A stretch of 64,000 nucleotides of DNA. Origin: Klebsormidium nitens (taxonomy: Eukaryota > Plantae > Klebsormidiophyceae). Position 1 is the stretch's first letter, and every line of letters starts with the position of its first letter. The stretch covers positions 349,355 through 413,354 of the forward strand of contig DF236950.1 in NCBI GenBank assembly GCA_000708835.1, written 5' to 3'. The notes beneath the pieces are model-generated. The model made no database searches. It was given only the letters and a program-made list of their open reading frames with translations, and was not told the DNA's origin. The position numbers and the translations under genes are program-made. Shown here piece by piece: positions 13,301-24,032 of this stretch.

Positions 13301-16300
13301 TGACGTCTTTGCCCCAACGTTCCTCCATTTCAGGAGAGCGAGGCAACGGTGGCTGCCCACTTGGCCGCCCTGGACGCCCTCCAGCTCAAGGTCTACCGCC
13401 TGCAGCAGTCCGTCGTTGAGGGCGACACCCAGAGGCAGCAAGCCGAGCAGGCGGTCGCCCTCCTGCACTCCCAGCTCGAGGCCCTGTCCGGAGAGCAGAG
13501 TGCATACGCCCAGACAGCGCTGCACCTCTCCCAGGAGGTGGAGCAGTCCCACAAGGCCCTTTCTGCGGCGCAACGGGAGCTGGAAGCGCTGGAAGACGGG
13601 CGGAGGGGCAGCGAGGCGGCGTGGCGCACTGAAAAGGAGACACTGTGCGAGGAGATCAGCATCTACATGACGCAGGTGGAAGAGTTGAACGGGGAGCTCA
13701 AGGCAATGCGCGTGGAGAAGGCGGAAACGGAAGCGGAGATAGCGGACATGCGGGCGAGGCTCGAGCAGGTGAGAGTGCTGCCCTGAGCGGTGCTTAATAT
13801 AACTCTCGCCGGAAGTAGCCGTTCATGATTCCGTCCGTCCAAATGACGCTCCTGTTCTCAACGGAGGGACTATGGGGTCCTTCTGTTGACTGAATCAAGT
13901 TCAGAAGCCCTAGGCTGTGCCTTTCAGGGAGCACGCAAGTCGAACACAGGCAACAGCTTTGTACAGATCTTGTGTCGAAAATTGCATTTCATGGTGCTGG
14001 CTCAACAGTCGAAAGCTGGTCCTCCCGGCGTGTCACCCTGGCTCGTGCCTTGCTCTCGGGGCTTCCGCAAGTCGTAAAGGTGAAAAAACTCCTTGCGTTC
14101 CTCAGGTAGGGCTCATCTCCGACAAGCTCCACGAGATTCAGCGGGACAGAGTAGAGGAGAAGCGCCAGATGGACGCCACGTCAGAAGACCTCGAGGTGAG
14201 CCGTCAACCAGGAGTGTCCCAAGCAGCACGGCTAGAAACTCGTAACCAACCCAAAGTCGGATTTGCAACGTCTATTGGCACGTTCTTCATACGGTACATG
14301 GGGCCGACTCGATTCCATAAAGTAAGGGCTTCAGAGACGTCAACAACTTGTTCGGCTAGTTGTGTCCGCAACCAGAACGACCCAGTCATGGGCCCGTGCG
14401 TGGTGGGGTTTCACTCCGGCCCGCTCTGGACCGAACCTGTTCACATTACGTGTTCGGTCCAAGCACATGCGTTCTTGGTTTCTTCCTTGTCAGCTGGTCC
14501 GCAAGGAGCTGGCGCGCGGCACGGCCGCCACGTCGAGCATCATGGAGCAGCTGGAGCGGACGCTGCAGGCAGTCACCGCCAAGGACAAGCACCTCGCCAC
14601 GCTGCAGGTGACCCCTCTTGAACCTAAAGGGCCTTGAAAAAGACGACTTTTGCTGGATCGTCAGACAGGGCGATCATTTTCATTGAGGTGCATCTCCTGG
14701 CCTCAAGGTTCTGTTTTGCGGTTGGCTTTCTGTCTATTTCCACTCCAAAAGCTTCCACCAAAGCTCTTGAGTTGAACTTTTCCTTTCAACTGGCAGAAAT
14801 CCATCTAGATTCTGATATCGTCAAAGTCAACTGATTTCCTTTTCAGTGCCAGCTTGCAATTCAGCAAATCATCATTAACCCTTTGAAGAAGGACGTTCTC
14901 ATAACCTGTAGCGCTGACTCAAAGCCGTCGCACCGGTGCAGGCGGACCTTGCCGCAGCGGAATCCGTCATCCTACGGCAGCAAGCGGGCTTGGCTCACGA
15001 GTCCCGCACCGCCGCTTCCCTGGTCAGCAAGCTCAAGCAGCACCAGGAAAAGGAGCGCCGCATGGAGGCCGCGATGCACGCCCTGCGCGCGCGCCTCCTG
15101 GAGTCCGGCCAGACTGCTCCGGAAGCGGAAGTCTTCCAGGTGAGGATGGTTGAGTCCAGGCATAAGCTCCTAGTAGGAACATCAAGCTCCCAAGTGACCT
15201 CAAAAGAACCGAAAACTATTATTCTAGCGGCTGCGCACCCTCTCCCAACCTATTCGCACACGTCCCGGGTGATAAGTCCTGCCACTTTTACAATCTTACA
15301 TTCGACACTCGTTTCCAGGTGGGCAGCCCGGTGAAGGTCCCCGGGCGCCCCTGGGGCGAGGACGCGGCCGCGGAGGAGCGGGTGGTGGAACAGGAACTGG
15401 CGCTGAGGCTGCAGCAGGCGCAGGCGGAGCTGCGGCGGGCCAACCTGGAGATTGACGACATGCGCACCAGGTGGGTTTTCGCTGACGATCCACGTGGCGG
15501 GATCTGGCTTTCCCTTATTACGGCCAAGGCAGGCCCCCGTGGCCATGTCAGGCGTCCTAGCCAGAGCCCCATCCGAGGCAGTCTAAATTCAAAAACTTTC
15601 CATCAACGGGCGCCGATGGTGAACAAATACTTCACGCAGATGCTTGGAAGTTCAAGGGCTTGGAAGTGCCATAAGAGACAGGTATCGAGACTAGTTTTCG
15701 GTGGTGCTTCATATCCATGATCAGGAAGTCACAAAAGTGTGTAAAAGCCATCGGACGCTTTAGCAGAGCATCCGTGTTCTGTTCGTTTTTGTAATGCGTA
15801 GTCGCTGTGACTAGTTGCTCAAATGCGACGCAATCGCTTTTTAGGAATTTTTGCCTTTCTGTGAAACCGAACGATCAGCCTCAAGTGGCCTTCTATCAAA
15901 ACGCAGGGATGCGATTTGTTCTTGGCTTGTCCGTACGGCCTTAATGCGTGATTGTGGTTCTGTTTGCATGAAGTACTAGCGCAGGCTTCGACGACTCACG
16001 TCTGAAGGCGGTCTTTCCAAAGCTTCTCTCTTTCTTTCGCAGACTGTACGGCGACCGGACGCCCGCCACCGGGAAGCACCCCCGGCAGGAGGCATCGCCC
16101 GAAGAGGTGCAAGAGTTGCAGGTGGCCGTGAAAGACCTGCAGAGCGAACTGGCGCTGGAGAAGGCAGCGCACAACGCCACCAAGCAGGCGCTCATTGAAG
16201 AGCAGGGCCGCTTCGCGACGCAGCTCCAGGAACTGCAGGTGGGAACCGCTCCGGTTGACGTCTTTGGAGTGTCGGAATGTACTCGAGCGCTGAAGCATGT

Positions 16301-18651
16301 ATGCCTCTGCTGATCAAAATTGTTTAAGGATTGCAGCAGGTCGAACAGCAGTGCCACGTCGAATCAGTATGAATTGGGACTTGGCGCTTCAGTGCAACGC
16401 CCAAACGTTGGCAACAAGACTTTCGAGCAGGAGTTGTGACCTAGTCAAAGTTGAGAACCAGATGTTTTGCGCTTAATTGATGTAACGTGCATTTGTTTCG
16501 ATGAAATGGTCTGTCTCCTTCTCACCTTTCAATCCTGCAGACTGTCCCAGTGCTCTGATTGATCACGCACTTCCACACGATCCGGAGGTTCGATCCAATC
16601 TTTTCTTTGCAAAGAGTGTTTGTTATAGGCAGATGGTGAGCCATTCAATCCCTTTTCTTGTCGCAGGAACTGATTCAGAATATGAACGGGGGAGCTGCGG
16701 GCGGTGCTTCGGAGATGCCCCCCATCCAGGAGCTGGCGATCTTGAGGGCACGTGTCATCGAGCTCGACATGCGTCTCGCCATGGCACGCTCTGACGGAGA
16801 CGGGAAGAGCGGAGCGATCACCGGAGCCGCAGGCCAAGGTGTGACTTGCAGAGATCAAGCTTTTTCTTTTAAAGAGTTGTCGAACATGATTGGTTTGCTC
16901 TGTTTGTTTCCAAGTCTCCATTCCCAACAAAGCAAACAACCAACAAAGGTGAGGGGTGTTTCTCAGGGACTATCGACTCCGTTCCAAGAGCCTCGGGTCA
17001 GTGGTTTATCACCTTTTCGCAAAGCTGGCTCTGCCGGCCCTTTCTTCACGCCCGACCTTCAACCTTGAGCTGCAATCCTTTGTTCTCAAGCTCCCTGCAC
17101 ATCGTCTCATTTTGTATATTGCGACACGCAACCGAGTCCGAAAATGCTAAGAACCACAAGCTTTGCTCTTCAAACCAGCTCCTCTCTCAACCCGCCTTCC
17201 ACTCGTCCGCAGACTTTGTTCTCGACGCTTCCGTCGAGGACGGGCGCGAGGACGCGGCTGCTGACGGCACGCCTGACGTGTACGAGCTTCAAAAGATGGT
17301 CGCAGCCAAAGAGGAGGAGCTCAATTACTTCGTGGAACGATGCGAGTCGCTCATGAGGTGAGGAGGCGTTTTGCCATCTGGTAATCAGGGAACGGGTATA
17401 ACAAGCATGTCCAGGTTTTTGTAGTTGTTTGCAATGGCCGAGCTAGTGATTGATTATCGGATTCTGCAGAATCTGAAACACTGGTCGGAATCCATTCAAA
17501 AGAAGCGACATTCAAAATCGAACTCGTGACCAAGCGATGTCAAAGTGAAAAAGTTCCGATCAACGAGTTTTTATCTCAAGGTCCGTATCTGTCAGTAGTC
17601 AGCTTGTTCTGACTGCAGGATGACTTTTGTGTGTCATACACTCGTGGTACCCAAAATTATGGTTCCTTTCGTCGAAACCTTGGTTCTGCCAGCCTGACTC
17701 TTGGCGACCCCTACTTATCAGCTCTGCTCGTGCCACTTGTGCAGAGAGAACACGAGCCTCAAGAAGAAGACGGCCAGCTTGGAGAGCCGCGTGCGAGGCC
17801 ACCAGATGCGCCGGAGGGCCGCCGCTGACGCGGCGGGCCCTGCCCCAGCAGCCAAGCCCACAAACCAGCCGGCCGCGCCGCCCAAGGACGAAGAAACGGG
17901 GCCTCCAGGCGCTCCGATTGAGGACGGTGCCCTGATTGCAGAAAGAAGAGTCAGCGAGGGACGCGTCAGCCCTTTGGGCCCCAAACCACCGATTCAAAAC
18001 TCGCTGTGTTCAGGGAATGTGTCCAATGAGGGGTCAGAGGGGGGGAAGTCTTCGCAGAAAGAGTCTGACCAGGAGCAGAAGGCTGCAGTGCTTGACGGCA
18101 AAGTCCCTCAGAACACATTCCAGCCGCTGTTGGGCGTCTCTTCGTTGCGAGCGGACGATCTGCTGGACCTTGGGCCGGAGGAAGGCGGTCTCGACCTGAT
18201 GCCACGTCAGCAGAGCGAGGAGAGCCGCAAGCGCCACGTGGCACGCGGGGTCGGGGGCTACGAGGCTTCCCCGGGCACCGCCCGGGGACTGAAGGTTGCG
18301 AGGACTCGGAGCGTGGGGGCGCTTGTGGAGGCGCGGGGGCTGCAGGCCCTGCTGTTGGGAAGAGGGGGATCCCCCGAGCTGTCTGGTCGTATCAGCTCCG
18401 TAGACAAGCCCTCGCTTGCGGTGAGCGACAAACGCGCTTCCCTGGGGGCTGAAATCGGTCCCAAATCGGCGAAGAGTTCACCGAGCATGGAGCGGTCGCC
18501 TCTGGCAGTCATGCAGCTCTCAGTGGAAGAGGCGAAGGCTTCCCCGGGGGGCGTTGAGAAGGTGTCGCCGAGGATGGCGGGGCCGGCCATTCAACCGCTC
18601 CGTCTGTCGGGCGAGTTTACCAGCCTTCTCCAGGAAAACCGAGACGTGTAG
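4333..18651 (+). CDS. Giant coiled-coil protein (~2,944 aa, 17 exons), CENP-F-like at both ends
   Basis: Phase-consistent GT-AG exons: 4333-4371, 4596-4739, 5021-5083, 5330-5488, 5646-5752, 6021-6294, 6845-11443, 11975-13015 (or 13021), 13334-13768, 14106-14195, 14494-14607, 14942-15139, 15319-15470, 16043-16238, 16667-16838, 17213-17357, 17745-18651. Continuous E/A/L/R/K/Q heptad-rich sequence, then a Pro/Ser/Gly-rich tail. A further 5' exon cannot be excluded. Confidence refers to the gene model, not the CENP-F assignment. Confidence 0.85.
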
Positions 18652-20371
18652 ATCCCCGGACATGAGGAACCGGTGTAAAAATGGCGTCTTATGCGACAGT
18701 GATATTCAACTTGTACTTATAGTGGCAGCAGTAGAGATGAGAATTCCTTCCTTTGTTATGAACTTGCCCAGATACTAGTGGTTTCGATCTGACCGAAGGA
18801 CTTTTCAAGCCGAAAAACTGGAAATCTGTTCGTTCTTCGTCTTTTCAGCACGTACTGGCGCGGACGTATCCGCTGTTCAGATTGTCTCGCATCATCCTGC
18901 AACATGACGTGCCATGCCCAGCTTTAAATCCGTGGCTACATGCATGTCGCGGTCAAACGATTATGCTCAAAATCTCTTGGCGCTTTTCAGAGCGAAGGCG
19001 GCCTGCATGCTTCATGAGACTCTCGGGCATTGTACATGCGTCAAGCTCCAATTGACGGCGCCATGGTATGGAGCGGTTTAATGAAGCTTTGAGACGGTGT
19101 ACTACATGACCTATCTTCTCTAGCTCCAAATACCGTTGCATGTTCGTGTACGGAATAAAGCGGTCACCAGCGATCCGCGTCACTGTTGTACCATTGCAGC
19201 TCCATATGCCTACGCGTAGCTTTGGACAACAGCTTCGATGCGATGAGCTGCAGCAGATCAACGGGAGATCTGCGCGCGCAATCATCGACTCTGAGGGCCC
19301 ATGCAGAGTATGCCCCCTTCGAAGTTCACTGCATCATCATATCAATGCTTAAGACTGCACAAATAGTTCAACTCTACGGTATCAAAATTCACTCAAAAGC
19401 TGCAGAAATTTCCGGTATCCGGGGCCAGCTCCCTTGATTATTAAGAATGTCAAGGAAAGGGTCGCTCGTGTGAGACCGATGGAAACAAGGGCTGCCTCCA
19501 GAGTTTGAGAAGCATTAGTATATGACAGTGGAAGTCTGGGACACCCCAGCGATGCAGAGAAGCTGGCGGCAGCCAGGGAGGATGCCTTTTCAAATATATC
19601 AGGGGAAACGAGACCAGGGCACGGTGTTCGTTCACTGCGTGGCCGAGGTTTCAGGAGCCCCACCGTTTGCTGGGCTTTATCGATGAAGGAAAGAGTGAAG
19701 AAGCTGGCTCGCAAACACAGGCCTCAGATTTCTTCGAAGAGGAGCACTACGAAAGCTTGGACAAGGACGGAGAGGCGCGGGAAACAGAACGAGAGCCTAA
19801 ACGTTGCGAACGATTCACAAACGGTTGTCTTCAACAAAGAAGCTGCATAAAGACAGCCGAAATTCCTGTTTGGGTATGCAAAAATCATGAGCTTGCAGAC
19901 TTCCGTTCTTGTACACCGTGAGGTAGGTAATCATCATCCCTGAGTTCGGAGCAACGTTATATCTTCTTGTTGTCGGCCAGTAATAAGCCATCAATGGGCC
20001 ATGCGACTGTGAAAAAAGTCCTTCAGGGGCATTGGGACGTCTTGAAGATGTTCTGGGGGGATGGCTGACTCCTGATATCAAAAATGAAGGACCTTTTGAT
20101 ATGTAAGATGATATAGAACACGGCTGTGAACGCTTATCTCACGTGTTTAAGAGCACGCTGCTGTACCTTGTCTGCAAGTTGAGCGGCACACTTTCATAAA
20201 TTGAGTGCTAGATACATCAGTGCGATGGCCGCATCGCGTTATATGCCACACGAAGTCGGAAGCTACCCAATCCAGATAATCCAGGAATCTTTAGGAGTGA
20301 CGCGCAGCACGCGCGTGACGCCAAGCCGCTCTAGAAAGTACGGCCGCTTCACACCCGCCAAACAGCAGGCC

Positions 20372-20404
20372 CTCCGACGTCATCGTCTCCGACGTCATCG
20401 TCTC
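20372..20404. repeat. 15-bp tandem repeat (CTCCGACGTCATCGT x2.2)
   Basis: Two exact copies at 20372-20386 and 20387-20401, plus a partial third. Confidence 0.9.
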
Positions 20405-20651
20405 GGATGTTGTCCTTCCACAGCAAACACCGGAAACTTTTGTGGTTTCTCTACCAAGGAGCTGTCCCTTCCTCGCCCAATGCTTGGTTCGGCTCCCCTG
20501 CAGCTGTAAGCGCTTCCTGATCAGGCGCCATACTTTTTGGAGCTTTTTACCAGTGGACAGCCTGACGAAGTGTTTGCAACTTTCCAGAACCAAAATAAGG
20601 GCGTTTCACACTAGCTCTCACACGAGAGCCGATGGAAGAGACGTGGCATCG

Positions 20652-20833
20652 ACTTGTCTCGATTCCATGTTGACTAAGGAAGGCGCCCGGTGGACTGGTA
20701 GGGTTGGTTGGGGGGTTAGGGTGGGTACGGGTGCGGAGCGTGTCAATTTCCGGGTTTAGGTTTTTAGGTTGGTTTTGTTCCCGAGCACTGTCCTTAGTCA
20801 ACATGCTCTTAGTCAACATGAAATCGAGAAGTA
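20652..20833. repeat. Inverted-repeat (foldback/MITE-like) structure enclosing a G/T-rich, telomere-like core
   Basis: Left arm ACTTGTCTCGATTCCATGTTGACTAAGGA (20652-20680). Right arm TCCTTAGTCAACATG (20791-20805) plus a duplicated TTAGTCAACATGAAATCGAGAAGT (20809-20832). The core has GGG runs at 20701-20731 and GGGTTTAGG/TTTTAGG units. Confidence 0.7.
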
Positions 20834-21694
20834 TGTGGTATCGGATCGGACTCGGTCGAGTGAAATCTGGACGGTTTGACCGGTACTCCTCACTGCTGGG
20901 TTACTGTCCATTGCCGTCAGTGGCCATACCTATTCGGATTTTCGAAGTTTTCAGGGGGGCAATGCAAGACGATTTTGGATTGAAGCCAAGTTCATCCGGG
21001 AGAGAATCGAAGCCTGTTTCGCTTTTTCCATTTCCAACTTGCATAGTTTGCAATGGCGGTGGAGTCTGGAAAGCTGGTTTGAGAACTTATGAAACTCGAT
21101 AGAGCTATTTTGACCGAGCTACGCGTTTAGTGGTTCGTTCTTTTTGCATCGGAGTTTGTGTTTGAGTGGCTTGTAAACCGGTCAACAAACACTAGCTGCT
21201 CGGCTTCGTGATTGTCAAGCTGTATGGATTACAATATGGCAGAAGCTAGCTGCACTTGCTAATATTTGAAAGGAGCCATAGGGACACGTACTAAAGTATT
21301 TATGGGATTTGTCGCAAAATCTTGAACAAAACCTCCGTTATACCGGTCAGCTACAAAAGAAGGACATGGTCGTGGTGCACATTTCCACAAGGAAGAGGCC
21401 TGAAAGCTATGGTGTGAAAGGAAAACCCCCGACCTGAAAACCCACTCGGTAACACAACGGCAGAGCGCAAAACAGACCATAAATTCACCCGGGGCTTGAG
21501 GCCGGGTGTTTTGTTGTGCCCCGTTTACATCACTGTCAGAATCAGCAGCAATGGCACATGTAACCGTTGGAATCGCCGCTTGCGCCATGGATACTTTTGG
21601 GCAAGCAGAATTCTGTTTCGGCAAAAAAAGGTGCAACATTGTTTGGAACATGCGCTAATGATGTCAATTGATCACCCGTAGCGCGTGTTCCCCA

Positions 21695-21806
21695 GGACCG
21701 CAGCCTGGACCGGGACCGCAGCCCGGTAAGGAAGTCAGAACCCAGGGACCGCAGCGCTGAACGCCTAGCAGGCGTTGGATAAGGGGTCGGAATTCGTGTA
21801 TATAAA
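21695..21806 (+). promoter_or_regulatory. Promoter-like block: three GGACCGCAGC copies followed by a TATA box
   Basis: GGACCGCAGC at 21695, 21713 and 21746; TATATAAA at 21799-21806, about 65 bp upstream of ATG 21870. Confidence 0.4.
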
Positions 21807-24032
21807 GGCCTCTTACGCGCAACACAGACTTTGTGGGCCCAAAGGCACTAGTCAAGACCCAACCGTCCGATGATGCCATGTGGCAGAATCAACGGCTTCA
21901 AGGAAGGGCACATGAAATTTGACGAGAGTCGGCCACGGCGCGAAGCCGCGAGGACAGCTTCCTGGAAAGCTGAAAACAGATGGTCGGCGAGCACAGGAAG
22001 GCAGGTGATTCAGAGCCGAAGCGGAAGTGACCGTACAAAGGACGGCTCATATCATCCAGGGCAAATCCGAAGGGTTCGGTACATTTTTGATGATTACTAG
22101 GTCCGCTTGCTCTACCTTACGATTTGTCACACGATCTTTGAACCCAAAAGCATGCTCCCTGCCCGTAAAGATGATACTTCCACGCGTCTGATTGCGCCCG
22201 AACGCTATGAAGGTCCGTGCTACAAGCGAATCTTTCTGCGGCTTGTTTCAAGAAGATGCGGCGTTATGTTGATTCTTCTCAAGCGTTTGCCGCGGCGTTT
22301 GCGAAATCTCTTGCCGGGCACATGTCATCAAGGCTCTCGCGCCCGTTAACTGACGTCTTGCATAAAAAGTTGTCTTCAACAAGTGAACAGGTGGGTCAAA
22401 CAGTCGCGGATGTGTACTAGGAAGTGGACTCGGGCTCGGAGTGAGGAACATTGTGACACGGGAATGAAATACTCTAACGTTGTTGATACCGGTGTTGCCA
22501 CGGAACGTAGGTAAACTCGTCCTGACTGCAAAATCATTTGGCGGATTTCATGTCCACCTTGCAAGTAGACATACCTGTTAGTATTGAGCACGTCAGCAAG
22601 TAGACGTACATGTTTTGAACTGAGCAAGTCACCGTTACTGACTGATTGAGTAGAGCAAGAGCACGATGGAAAGATCAGTGGTCTTCCAAAAGCACAGTCT
22701 TACTTTTTAGGGTTTCTATTCTGGGGTATCTACAGTAGCAACCTTGCCTCGTAGCAGATGATTTGGAAGCTTCCGCTTCATACAAGGCCTGCTGCGAATA
22801 TGTCCTATCTGACTACGTTGCAATCCAGATGGCTTCGGACAAAGTTATATAGCAGATCCGCCTCCAAATGACTGTTTGACGACAAAGTGGGTCAGCTCCT
22901 GTCAATCTTGGTCCCTGATTGTCCTCCAATCACTTTCCATCTGCATTCTGAAGACGTGCTCGAGAGCATGCATGTGCTTTGCGGACTTGCTCTACTTCTT
23001 TAAATTCAAGTTTCTGCTCACACGAGCCAGCTCGACACATGCCAGCTCATGTATCACCTTGTCGAGCTTTCGGATAATCTCGTCCGCTAGGAACATATAT
23101 TCTGTCAAACCCCGTTCGCGCCCGGTCTAGCGTGCGAGATAGACATATTAGCAACATACCCCTGCGGCGTCCTGCATGGAAATCGACATCGAGCGGGATC
23201 GGATTGTTGACCGTAAGACATGCACTGATGCAGATGGAACCGTATTTTGGCGGCCCCACATCCGCGATCAAGGCCTCCCGCCGCACGTCGGTCCACATGG
23301 ATCACGACTGGAGCTCTAGGTCGCGCCATGCAGTGCACTAGCTAGTCTCGTATATATAGGCAATGGAAGCCAACGCTGGTGCAGAGCCCCATGACGGTCC
23401 GCAATATCTCATTCCAGATCATTAAATAAGGCCCGAGGATCGCTCGTATTGACGCATTTACCTGGACTGCAAATCGACTCAAAACAAGGTTGCCATGCAT
23501 GGCTTCTGAATACTAAGATTCAGTTTTCAAAAGCATCATGAGCTCTTACACTTCACATGTAAGAAAACCGCACAACTTGAATCAACTCACATGATGACAT
23601 GATGCTCTTGATCGCGTTGGACGTACACGGGTCGGCGCAGGCCGTCCAACCTCATTCACTCCGCTCGTGTCATAGTTGCGTTCTGAGTCGCTAGCACGTC
23701 CAAGATGACGTGTAAGGCCCTGGGCCCGGGTGTCACGGTGAACAGAGCCTCAATACAGTCGAAATACGTTGGCCTTGCGTCCTACAGTAATTCGGGACAC
23801 TTCCAACCTATGCAGCTACTCAACTTCCGTATCATCGTACTCGTCCGGTCAGCAGATCCCGCTGCAAAGAGAATCGTCGTGATGTCAGGCAATTTGAGAG
23901 AGTATTCTTGCATCAGGAAAGCGAATTGGCTCTGCCCAAGTAACGCTCATATAGCTCATCAGAAGTGCATGGATAGGTTGAGAGTGGAATTGGAGCATTT
24001 GGGTATGCCAAACTAGAGCACCGATACGAAGC

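Noticed and set aside
18600-19020. Alternative last exon that might add a CAAX motif to the CENP-F-like protein
   Set aside because: I tried the candidate donors near 18610 and 18645 with acceptors at 18848 and 18990; none yields a terminal CAAX.
19085-19165. DRFIP and MQRYLELEKIGH on the minus strand, resembling a C-box and a CDK N-terminus
   Set aside because: The glycine-rich loop (GEGTYG) and all later kinase motifs are absent, and I found no downstream kinase exons; probably coincidental.
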